Made by a program: the position numbers and the translations under genes. Under the pieces are notes generated by a model. That model saw only the letters and a list, made by a program, of their open reading frames with translations. It ran no database searches and was not told where the DNA came from. A stretch of 64,000 nucleotides of DNA from Chitinophagaceae bacterium (GTDB taxonomy: Bacteria > Bacteroidota > Bacteroidia > Chitinophagales > Chitinophagaceae): contig JAEUVP010000557.1 in NCBI GenBank assembly GCA_016786805.1, positions 8,710 through 72,709 on the forward strand, read 5' to 3'. Within the stretch, counting starts at the first letter, position 1. Each line of letters opens with the position of its first letter. Positions 38,847-47,667 of the stretch are shown here, piece by piece.

Positions 38847-39392
38847 ATGACCACAGCACAAAAGATACTCATGGAGATTGGGCGGTTTTCAGAAAACGAA
38901 ATCGCTATGTTTGAAAAGGTTATCAAACCTGCATTCTTCAGCAAAGAAGAGCTGTTACTGAATAAGGGAGAAATTTGCAGCTCCGTATTTTACATTATTA
39001 AAGGTGCTGCTTATCAATTTACGGATGAAGATATAGACGAAAACATAATTGGTTTACATATAGAAGGTGACTGGTGCCTGAACTATTCCAGCTTTATAAA
39101 CCAAAAACCTTCCAATGCAATAATTAAATGTTATACTGACCTGGAAGTTGTAGAACTTCCAATTACAACTATTCATGAGTTAATTGCCCTTTCTCCCTCT
39201 TTCTTTCAATTGGCAAAAGTGCTGGAAGATACCCGAGTCCGGTATTTTGATAATGCCAGTACTGCACTGCAAAAGCATAATCAATTATTTTTGTCAAGAT
39301 CAGTGCTTTTTCAAAAGTTTCCCCTTAAGATGATAGCGTCATATCTGAGTATTACTCCGGAAACATTGAGCCGGATAAGAAGCATAAAATAA
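38847..39392 (+). CDS. Crp/Fnr family transcriptional regulator
   Basis: Beta-roll (VFYIIKGAAYQFTDED) and HTH (FPLKMIASYLSITPETLSRIR). Related to 12281-12865. Confidence 0.8.
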   Translation: MTTAQKILMEIGRFSENEIAMFEKVIKPAFFSKEELLLNKGEICSSVFYIIKGAAYQFTDEDIDENIIGLHIEGDWCLNYSSFINQKPSNAIIKCYTDLEVVELPITTIHELIALSPSFFQLAKVLEDTRVRYFDNASTALQKHNQLFLSRSVLFQKFPLKMIASYLSITPETLSRIRSIK

Positions 39393-39401
39393 TTTCATTT
39401 A

Positions 39402-39446
39402 TTGACATTCGTCAAGTGATACTAAGACAGTACAGCCCAATCTTTG
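39402..39446 (+). promoter_or_regulatory. FNR-type box TTGACATTCGTCAA (39402-39415) plus -7-like AATCTTTG (39439-39446)
   Basis: 10 nt after the regulator stop. Spacing 37 nt. Target ATG at 39465. Confidence 0.55.
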
Positions 39447-39464
39447 CCTTTCAAATAAGCAAAT

Positions 39465-40103
39465 ATGGAAAAGCAATTCAAAAAAGCATCGGGTATCTGT
39501 TTGTTATTGGGGTCTGCACTTGCCACGTTTACAATGGCAATGCACCCGGTCGGTGGAAGCCTGGCAGAGATAGCCAGAAAGAAAGGGATCTTTATATTTT
39601 CACACTCTTTGGCTATCCTTAGTATTCCATTTATCGCTTTTGGTTTTTGGGGCTTATCAACAGCCTTGGCTACAAAGAGCAGAATCTCCTATCTTTCCTT
39701 TGCCATTGGTTGTTTTGGACTAATGGCCGTATTGATTGCGGGAACTGTAAATGGCTTTGTGCTGCCTTCATTTGCATCAAACTACTCGGATAATACGGTT
39801 GACTGGGCTGTTCTGCAGGCCATCCGTAATTACGGATGGCTTATAGGCAAATCCATGGACTATATTTTTATTACAGCCCTTATGCTTGCAATAGCAATCT
39901 GGTCATCTATTATTATCACTTCGGGGCAGCTTTCAAAATGGCTTGGCTATTACGGTTTCCTGATAGTGATAGTAACTACTTCAGGCCTTCTTATGAAATT
40001 TAATTTCACCAGCGCTTTTGGTTTCGGTCTATTTATTTTCAGCCTGGTAAGCTGGAAACTTATTGCTGCCTTTCTTTTGATCAGTTCATCCAAAAAAATA
40101 TAA
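39465..40103 (+). CDS. integral membrane protein (6 predicted helices)
   Basis: Hydrophobic throughout. No motif recognised. Confidence 0.55.
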   Translation: MEKQFKKASGICLLLGSALATFTMAMHPVGGSLAEIARKKGIFIFSHSLAILSIPFIAFGFWGLSTALATKSRISYLSFAIGCFGLMAVLIAGTVNGFVLPSFASNYSDNTVDWAVLQAIRNYGWLIGKSMDYIFITALMLAIAIWSSIIITSGQLSKWLGYYGFLIVIVTTSGLLMKFNFTSAFGFGLFIFSLVSWKLIAAFLLISSSKKI

Positions 40104-40107
40104 CCTT

Positions 40108-40902
40108 ATGAATGAAATTGAAGTAGGTAAATATTGGAACAATAATGCACATACATGGACAATACTTTCAAGGGCTGGTTATGACATTTACAGAGATTAC
40201 CTGAATACTCCGTCATTTTTTGAAATATTGCCGGATATAAAGGGAAAGAAAGGTATTGATATTGGATGTGGAGAAGGCCATAACACAAGGCTGTTGGCTG
40301 ACCAGGGTGCAATTGTAGAAGCAATTGATATTGCACCCCTATTTATTGAAAATGCAAAGGCACTGGAAAAAGAACACCCCCTTGGAATTAATTATTCATT
40401 AGCCAGTGCCACTCACTTGCCTTTTCAAAATCAAACTTTTGACTTCGCAACTTCCTTTATGTGCCTGATGGATATACCTGACCAGGAAATGGTGCTAAAG
40501 GAGGTCTTCAGGGTGCTGAAGTCCGGCGGGTTTTTCCAGTTTTCAATTGAACACCCCTGCTTTAAAACACCGCATCTTAAAAAAGTAAAAACGCTAGCCG
40601 GGAAAACATATGCGTTTGAAATCGGCGGCTACTTTTCTGAAACAAACGGAAAAATTGAAGAATGGATTTTTGGTGACGCCCCAACCGGGACTAAACATAA
40701 ATTTTCAAAATTTAAGGTACCTAACTTCCATAAAACATTATCCTTCTGGATGAACTCCATTATTAAAAGTGGATTTTCCATTGAACAGGTACTGGAACCT
40801 TACCCGGGAGGTAATATACTCCGGGATAAACCGTCCATGCATGGTGCGAGTATAGTAGCTTACTTTTTACATATCAGATGCAGAAAACCGCAGAAGTTTT
40901 GA
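40108..40902 (+). CDS. class I SAM-dependent methyltransferase
   Basis: Motif I GIDIGCGEGHNTRLLA. Motif II/III FDFATSFMCLMDIPD and LKSGGFFQFSIEHP. Confidence 0.85.
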   Translation: MNEIEVGKYWNNNAHTWTILSRAGYDIYRDYLNTPSFFEILPDIKGKKGIDIGCGEGHNTRLLADQGAIVEAIDIAPLFIENAKALEKEHPLGINYSLASATHLPFQNQTFDFATSFMCLMDIPDQEMVLKEVFRVLKSGGFFQFSIEHPCFKTPHLKKVKTLAGKTYAFEIGGYFSETNGKIEEWIFGDAPTGTKHKFSKFKVPNFHKTLSFWMNSIIKSGFSIEQVLEPYPGGNILRDKPSMHGASIVAYFLHIRCRKPQKF

Positions 40903-41207
40903 TCATCAACTTTACTTTTTATTAAACCGCCACAGGTGTAATTCGATTGTCCGGCAAGCACGAACTGGAATGTACCCGGAAAATGAGTGCAGTGGATTTT
41001 CCCAGCTGCATCCCACCTCACCGCAACAAAACAAAAGTTCCCTTTGCAAAATATATTTTGGTTGGTAACCGGAAACGAAACAACTCTAATAAGACCCTCA
41101 GAATTCTGTTCAGCGCGGCATTACAGTCAAAGACGCTGGCGGGTAAAAATGTATATCGGTAAATTCGGCTGATTTTAATATAAATTTGCAGCACAGAAAC
41201 TCATCCG

Positions 41208-41729
41208 GTGAAATATATTCTCACAATAATTCTCGTTGTACCCTGCTTATTCTTCGCCTGTACAAAAAAGGAAGAAACCTCCCCACCCCGGATCGAAATG
41301 ACTTTTAAGAGGAACGGAATTCCAGATACCTTTTATATTTACAGTTGCCTGATCATGAATGACCAGGTCGATCCGGCAAAATCAAATTTTAGTATGGAGG
41401 CCGGAACAGAAGATTCCAAAAGGATGCTGCATATTACTATTGAGGCCAGCAATCCTTTTAAAGCGGGGTCATGGGAAACGATTAAAAATGCAAGCGGTTT
41501 TTATCCGGTTACAGTGCATTATTATGAGGAGAGGAGCTTGCCCGCGTATAAAGATTTTATCATCGAAAATGCTCCTGGCAGACCGATAGCCAACTTCAGG
41601 ATAAACATCAGCTACCTGGGTGAACACCTGGTGACGGGAACTTTTACCGGCAATTATTTATATGAACAGGTCCTGGGCGAAACCATTGAGATCACGGATG
41701 GAAAATTTACAGCAAGAAATCCCTTTTGA
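41208..41729 (+). CDS. lipoprotein, unknown function
   Basis: GTG start. Lipobox VPCLFFACTKKE. A TAAATTTG -7 box lies about 20 nt upstream. Confidence 0.5.
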   Translation: MKYILTIILVVPCLFFACTKKEETSPPRIEMTFKRNGIPDTFYIYSCLIMNDQVDPAKSNFSMEAGTEDSKRMLHITIEASNPFKAGSWETIKNASGFYPVTVHYYEERSLPAYKDFIIENAPGRPIANFRINISYLGEHLVTGTFTGNYLYEQVLGETIEITDGKFTARNPF

Positions 41730-41772
41730 TAGTTCAACTATATACAGTTGTAATGTAAATAAGGAATGAAAT

Positions 41773-42234
41773 ATGATCAGCTCCCGGTCTTTAAAAACAA
41801 CATTCGCTTTCCTCGCTATACTATTCCTGGCCTGCAAAACCGGCGATCCCGACTTTAAGTACGTTCCCCTAAAAGAAATGAAATACCAGGAGGCCAATAT
41901 TCCGGAAGGAACGGAAATCGAAATCCTTTCCTTTTCCGGGGGAAAAACCTGTACCACTCAGATCACTTATTTCTACCAGTTCATTGGTATCAATACAGTA
42001 AACGGCGATACAGTAAGGATACTCACCCCCTGCCAGAAACTGGATGAAACAGCATCACCTGCAAAAGGCACGTTCACACCCTGGTCAAAAACGTCGCCGA
42101 TTGTTGAACAGGTATTAAAGGAAACAGGTGAGCAAAAATTGGTGGGCGAAAAATCATTGGTGGTGTTTAATAAGCGGCAACTGGAAATCGAAGAAGGCAA
42201 TTATAAAACAGCCATCGGCACGATCGGATTTTAA
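41773..42234 (+). CDS. lipoprotein, unknown function
   Basis: Lipobox AILFLACKTGD. Confidence 0.5.
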   Translation: MISSRSLKTTFAFLAILFLACKTGDPDFKYVPLKEMKYQEANIPEGTEIEILSFSGGKTCTTQITYFYQFIGINTVNGDTVRILTPCQKLDETASPAKGTFTPWSKTSPIVEQVLKETGEQKLVGEKSLVVFNKRQLEIEEGNYKTAIGTIGF

Positions 42235-42273
42235 AACTGCCTGACGGCTACTATACCTGGCACTACAACATAA

Positions 42274-43110
42274 CTATAGGTATACTATACATTTTTTCTT
42301 TAACCCTTCAAGCCAACCGGGTATTTCATTAATGGGATTCCACCTCAGATCCAGGCGTTCCAGGTTTTCCAGGGCTGATAATTCGACCGGAAGTTTCGAA
42401 ATATTGTTACCTCTCAAATCAATTTTTCTAAGCAGCTTTAATTGTGTGATTGCAGGCGGAATTTCGGAAATTTGATTGTTCCGCAGGTATATTTCTCTTA
42501 AATCCGTATTCCCTGTTGGTATAGTTTTGATGGAATTGCCTTCCAGGTTTAAAACTCTTAATCTTTTCAATTCAATAAATTTTGCTGGCAGTTCGGTAAT
42601 CCTGTTTTCAGCCAAATTAAGTTCTGCTAATGATTGAAGAAGGCAAAATGAATCCGGAATAATGCGGATCAGATTTTTTTCTGCCTTTAACTCTGACAAA
42701 CTGGACAAATTCCCGATATACGCTGGTAATTCACTAATTCTGTTTCCGCTGATATTCAGATAATTCAGCTTTGTTAAGTTGCAAATGCCAGGGGGCAGCT
42801 TTTCAATTTTATTATCGTGCAGGTACAAATATGCATCTAAATTCACAAGTTGTCCGATCGATTCAGGAATTTCCAAAAGTTCATTATGCCCCAGGTCTAT
42901 CATGCTGAGTTTGCCTAATAGCCCGATTTTATCCGAAATAACGCTAAATCTGTTACAGGAAAGATTAAGAATTTCTAATTGGGTTTGCTCCCAAAGTTCA
43001 TCCGGGATATGTTCGATTTTATTATCAAAAACAGAAAGCTCAATCAATCCTTCCGGTAATCCAGGAAAGACATTTAGTTGCTTACTGTTAAGTATAAGTT
43101 TATTTTCCAT
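42274..43110 (-). CDS. leucine-rich repeat protein (LRR only, no signal peptide)
   Basis: About 11 tandem 23-aa LxxLxLxxNxIxxIP repeats (e.g. LTKLNYLNISGNRISELPAYIGN). N-terminus MENKLILNSKQ lacks a hydrophobic signal. Confidence 0.85.
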   Translation of the reverse strand: MENKLILNSKQLNVFPGLPEGLIELSVFDNKIEHIPDELWEQTQLEILNLSCNRFSVISDKIGLLGKLSMIDLGHNELLEIPESIGQLVNLDAYLYLHDNKIEKLPPGICNLTKLNYLNISGNRISELPAYIGNLSSLSELKAEKNLIRIIPDSFCLLQSLAELNLAENRITELPAKFIELKRLRVLNLEGNSIKTIPTGNTDLREIYLRNNQISEIPPAITQLKLLRKIDLRGNNISKLPVELSALENLERLDLRWNPINEIPGWLEGLKKKCIVYL

Positions 43111-43524
43111 TTCATATTTTTACACAAGTACTGGCAAATAATAGCTAAACTTCCTTTCAGGGTTTGTTTGGCGCGGGTACATTTAATTAAAAGTTGATAT
43201 CCCCGGCAAAACCTTCCCGCTTTTAAATAAATACAAACCAGTTACGATTCAAAAGCCGGCAGCAAGATTAGCGGTAACTTTCGGCCCAACCTCTTACCTT
43301 TCATTTCACCCATTTCTTATTAGCTACATTACATTTAAGTGAACCTAAGAATAGACAAGTCTAACAAAATTATGTATCCCTCCAGGTGGACAGTCTATAA
43401 ACAGCCGTTTAAGGTAAACAAACAGCATTGGGGGTCACTTTAATTCAAATTTACTTTCCTTTACATTTTTACTGCCACCTTATAACTTCGCGGAAACCTG
43501 TTTACATAAGGCGATCTTCTGCTA

Positions 43525-45017
43525 TCAAAACACACTTCTAAATATAAGAGGCAGGTAGTTCTTTTTTGCTATGGAGTTAAGCGATTTTTTTACTGCAAAA
43601 TTAACAGGGTCATACGCTAGTCCGGCCTCATCCACGTTGCCAGTAGCATAAAAATTAAACACCATGCCAAAGATAGCCCCGGCTTGTTTTCCGGATAACA
43701 AAGTATGTGAATAGTCTTTCAGGATCACCTGTTTCCCATTCGGCAGCGTGGGCAGCAATTTCTCAGTGGCAAAATCGGCAGGTGTTGCGACATCCAGGTT
43801 TCCGCTTATGATGAGTGTTTCTGTATGCGATAAACGGGTTTTTTTGTATTCTTCAGGTATTGAATAATCAAACCAGGCCTTTATAATACCCCAACCCTGC
43901 AAAGAAGAAGTGGGCCCCAATGTTGTTTTAAAGGAACGCAACCATTCTCTGTAATTAACGGCGGGTTGATAATCTGCACTGGCAGCCTTTTGAAAATAGT
44001 CTCCCCAGGCCATACTTTTAGATATACCCCTGTCATATAGTACCTGCATCATGTATAAGCCACTATAATCTTTTTTATTTGCAGCTCTGAAATAGGCATC
44101 AAATGCTTCTGCAGCACCTCCTTTGGAAAACATCATCTGAAAGGTGGCTGTTTTTATCTTATCTGCATCTAATCTGAATACCCGCCAGCGTTTTGGCATT
44201 TTCTCAAAAGATGTTTGCATGGCTTCTTTTATAGAACCCTGGTAATTGAAGATACTGGTAGCTTTATAAATACTATCATATTTATCAAGGATCTGTTCTG
44301 TTTTTTCCGGGTACCAAACAAAATGCCCCGGAGGATTGGCGCCAACCATTACTGACCGTTGAATGATATCCGGGTATTTGTAACTGTATAACAGGGCTAC
44401 CCTTGTTCCGTAGCTATTGCTGAACAGATTTATCTGTGCATAGCCTAAAGCTTTTCGGGCATACTCTATATCCTCTATAACATCCAGCATGGTGTATTTA
44501 TCAATGTTAATCCCTTTTTCTTTTAGTGAGGCCGCAAACCTCTTTACTTTCTTTTCCAAATTATCTAATGACTCATCGCTTAGTAGCTGATGATGTAATC
44601 CTTTGGCAGCTTTTCCCACTTTTTTTGAATGAAGTTTTACTGTTCCATCTGCGCCACGATAACCCACACAAACAATATCATGGCTGGTTACCAACCCCAG
44701 GCTTTTAAGGTCCAGCATATTTGAAGCCCCGGGACCTCCTTCCAGGTAAAAACAGGTGCAACGGTATCCTTCAGGGGGGATTTTAGTATCGCAACAGGCA
44801 ATCTGAGAATTCGCCCATTTGGTTTTTCCCTGTCTTCAGGTACATCAATAAATCCATGCAGTATTTTAACTTTCTGTCCGTTAGCGTTTATATCTTCATA
44901 AGTTAATTCTTTTAGTTCCGGATTTTGGCAAAATGCCCGCAGGGTTGCTGCTATCAATAACAGCAGGCAAATCACATTTTTGAAAAGTGTTCTGTTCATC
45001 ATCTTCGCTTTTTTCAT
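43525..45017 (-). pseudogene. alpha/beta hydrolase (proline iminopeptidase-like), -1 frameshift in a homopolymer
   Basis: ORF 44688-45017 (signal peptide ... DTVAPVF) and ORF 43525-44718 (..LFSNSYGT nucleophile elbow) join into ..APVFYLEGGPGASNMLDLKS.. if the T5 run (A5 on the + strand, 44748-44752) were T6. Confidence 0.7.
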
Positions 45018-45037
45018 TATAAATTTAATTTTGAACT

Positions 45038-45730
45038 TTATTTACGTACCCGTATGGAAATAACATTTCCGCCAGGCTGGCTGATAATGCATTTAATTAC
45101 ATTTCCTTTATTGTCTTTTTGAAACTGTAAACTAAAACCGCTTAACCCCTTTACAGTAAAATGACTTTCACTTACCGGCACCAATTCATAATCTTGCTGG
45201 CCCGGAATTTTAGCAACCAGGATAGTATCATTGCGCTTTACCTGTAAGGTATTGCCCGGTAGCAAATAGTCACCGGTGTTTTTATCCAACTGCTCTTTGG
45301 TGAGTTGAACAGGCGTTGCAGAAGCAATATTCACTACTCCTGAAACTTTGTTGGCTTTAACCATACCATCCGGCTGGATCAGGGTGAACCCCGTAATATC
45401 TTTATGGGTATCTGTTTCAAATCGCACGATAAAACCAGGTGCACCTTTTACAGTAAACTCATATTCCTTTACAAAGGCTAATTCGAACTCGGGCTGGTTT
45501 GGAAGGACGGCCCTCAGTATATTTTCCTTCAAATAGACGGTAATAGTCTCGCCGGAAAGAAGGTACTGTCCAACATATTTTTGCAGGCTATCAGAAGGGA
45601 GGATAGGCTGAATTTGAGATGTACAGCTTAGCATGTACCCGGTATTACCTGTGCTGTCACAATTATTGAGGTGAGCAGAACTCTTTAGGCTTAGAAAGCC
45701 AGCGAAAAGAAAGAAAATGTGTTGTTTCAT
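45038..45730 (-). CDS. secreted protein made of two DUF3471-like repeats
   Basis: Start moved to ATG 45730 (MKQHIFFLFAGFLSLKSSA). Repeats YVGQYLLSGETITVYL... and NTGDYLLPGNTLQVK... resemble the C-terminal repeats of 35267-37324. Confidence 0.6.
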   Translation of the reverse strand: MKQHIFFLFAGFLSLKSSAHLNNCDSTGNTGYMLSCTSQIQPILPSDSLQKYVGQYLLSGETITVYLKENILRAVLPNQPEFELAFVKEYEFTVKGAPGFIVRFETDTHKDITGFTLIQPDGMVKANKVSGVVNIASATPVQLTKEQLDKNTGDYLLPGNTLQVKRNDTILVAKIPGQQDYELVPVSESHFTVKGLSGFSLQFQKDNKGNVIKCIISQPGGNVISIRVRK

Positions 45731-45930
45731 TCGTTTGAATTTGAGTTTTAGAAATGGAGAGTGGAGACAGCAAATGACGCAGGTCACTTAACTGATTGCG
45801 GGGGCAAAGATGAAACTCAAATGGGGGATCAGGGTGTCACCCTATAGGTGGAGACTAATTATAGATCATTTATTATCAATAAAATACTTTACTTTTTAGA
45901 TAGAAGGTGGCTCACAGTGCAGGAGGACCC

Positions 45931-47148
45931 TCAGGAGCCCGGATCTTGTCTCCTTTTACTCAGGTAGGCGGAGGGTGATTGGCCGGTAACTTTTTTGAAA
46001 TTTTTATTAAACGATGATTTGGAGTTAAAACCGCAATCGGCAGCCAGGCTCATCATGGTAAACTTTCCATTTTCAGGTAACAGTACCTGCCGGATAAATT
46101 CTTCCACCCGGAGCGTGTTTATATAATCATAAAAGCTCTTTCCTTCCTTTTCATTGATCACCTGCGATAAATAATTCGGGTATATATTTAGTTTTTCTGC
46201 CAAGGCCGCAAGTGTAAGCTCCGGTTCAGTATACACTTTTTCCTGCTCCATCAATTTTTTTAACTCCTGGTAAAGGTTTTGGGATGCTATGTCCGTAAGT
46301 CCGGAATTAGCATATTTCTTTTTAATAGCAATAGTTGCTTCGTTTGCTGATCCGTCAATAGGTGTTTCTTCGGATTTTGTTATATCATTCTCAGTATCTC
46401 CGGGCTTGCTTTTGAATTCATCTTCCAAACGATTACCTGGTGGGTAACTGGACGGTTGACTAATAGCGGGGTTAAAGATCCTTCCCTGTCTGATTCCAAA
46501 ATACCCGATAATTAGAACAAGTGCCACCCCGGATCCAAAAATAAAATTATCATACGATACCCCCTGCACATTTTGTGCTATTACAAGCATCCAGATTACT
46601 CCCAAACCGTAAATCAAATAACGCAGCCAGTTTAGCTTGATCTTTTCGTCGTTCGAAAAATGGTCAGCAATGTTCTTTTTATGTTCCCGTAAAAGTGCCA
46701 ATAACCATATTACATATACAATTCCGGAAAGGATCATAGCATAATTATTGATATGAATCTGAAGTTCATATCCTTCCCCGCCGGAATTAATAACCATTTC
46801 CTTTTCCTGAGTTGTCAAAAAGAAGAATGGGCTTACTAAAAAAGAAATAATTATAAAAGGCAAAAAATGCAATGCCCTTATAATTATATTGCCCGGGAGC
46901 TTCTTTGTCATTTCAGCGGTATATAAATAAAGCATGGGGCCGTGCAATAGTGGGAAAAGAGGAGCTACAACGAATACTTCCGGATATTTATTACCTATTG
47001 AAGTGGTGGCAGCAACAAAAAGTAACAGGTGGCAGCAAATAATGATAAGCCATACCAGTAAAAATTTATCTGCAAGTACTTTGTGTTTTTTTGAGACCAG
47101 TAAAAGAATGAGGAAGATATTTATGCTGATTCCGAATATGTAAAGCAT
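45931..47148 (-). CDS. membrane-anchored AraC-family transcriptional regulator
   Basis: MLYIFGISINIFLILLLVSKKHKVLADKFL N-terminus, multi-TM. C-terminal AraC HTH (CGFNSKSSFNKNFKKVTGQSPSAY). Confidence 0.85.
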   Translation of the reverse strand: MLYIFGISINIFLILLLVSKKHKVLADKFLLVWLIIICCHLLLFVAATTSIGNKYPEVFVVAPLFPLLHGPMLYLYTAEMTKKLPGNIIIRALHFLPFIIISFLVSPFFFLTTQEKEMVINSGGEGYELQIHINNYAMILSGIVYVIWLLALLREHKKNIADHFSNDEKIKLNWLRYLIYGLGVIWMLVIAQNVQGVSYDNFIFGSGVALVLIIGYFGIRQGRIFNPAISQPSSYPPGNRLEDEFKSKPGDTENDITKSEETPIDGSANEATIAIKKKYANSGLTDIASQNLYQELKKLMEQEKVYTEPELTLAALAEKLNIYPNYLSQVINEKEGKSFYDYINTLRVEEFIRQVLLPENGKFTMMSLAADCGFNSKSSFNKNFKKVTGQSPSAYLSKRRQDPGS

Positions 47149-47184
47149 CAGGTGTGAATTAATCGCAAAAATAACAAAAGAAGC

Positions 47185-47273
47185 TTATCCACCCCTTCTC
47201 CAATGATTCGGCGTCAGCCCGGTTTTAAACGAGGGTTGTCAAAGGCCCATTCAAACCAGTCCTGGAAATTCAT
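47185..47273 (-). pseudogene. remnant of an AraC-family C-terminus
   Basis: The minus strand reads ..QPSFKTGLTPNHWRRGG* (stop at 47185-47187). 47196-47221 matches 47691-47716 (3' end of the AraC gene 47668-48600) at 23 of 26 positions by my count. No intact ORF. Confidence 0.45.
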
Positions 47274-47398
47274 TTTTGTTGAGTTATTGTTCTTAAATCC
47301 CCTGTCTGCTTAGAGCGGGAGCTGTAGTTCCCGCTGCTCGTATAATGCGTTTCAAAAGGAAGCCCTGTTTGTTTACAACAACTCTTTACCTTGCACCC

Positions 47399-47647
47399 AT
47401 GGAAGAAGGATTCGAATTACCGGTAGTATATAAAGGCGATGAAATCAGTTTTCCCGGCCGCCTGCTGAATTATGGATACAGTTATAAAATTGAACTGGAA
47501 ATATTTGGAACGATGCTGTTGTTTGAGCCCGATGAACAACGCAACTTCCGCGCACTCATCGCTCCCGAAGAAATGAATAAACACAAGGAGATTACAGTGG
47601 ACTTACTGGAAGCGATAGTTAATTCACTGGATGAACTGCTGAAATAA
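47399..47647 (+). CDS. hypothetical small protein (82 aa)
   Basis: Start moved to ATG 47399 (MEEGFELPVVYKGDE). No motif recognised. Confidence 0.4.
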   Translation: MEEGFELPVVYKGDEISFPGRLLNYGYSYKIELEIFGTMLLFEPDEQRNFRALIAPEEMNKHKEITVDLLEAIVNSLDELLK

Positions 47648-47667
47648 ACTATCGTGTTTTTTTTATT

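Noticed and set aside
40903-41207. ORFs 40947-41162 and 40987-41172 in the intergenic region
   Set aside because: Two overlapping about 60-70-aa frames with no motifs, basic low-complexity translations and no promoter-like element. More likely non-coding spacer upstream of the TAAATTTG promoter of 41208.
41208-41224. GTGAAATATATTCTCAC, resembling the AGAATATATTCT palindrome of 481 and 1671
   Set aside because: It is the first codons (MKYILT) of a lipoprotein gene, lacks the AAAGCCCAGC companion block, and is not a full palindrome. Treated as coincidence.
43330-43343. TACATTTAAGTGAA, resembling the FNR-type box at 3131
   Set aside because: Only the right half-site is conserved. No -7-like element lies at the 35-37 nt spacing. 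It sits about 220 nt from the nearest gene start, on the wrong side.
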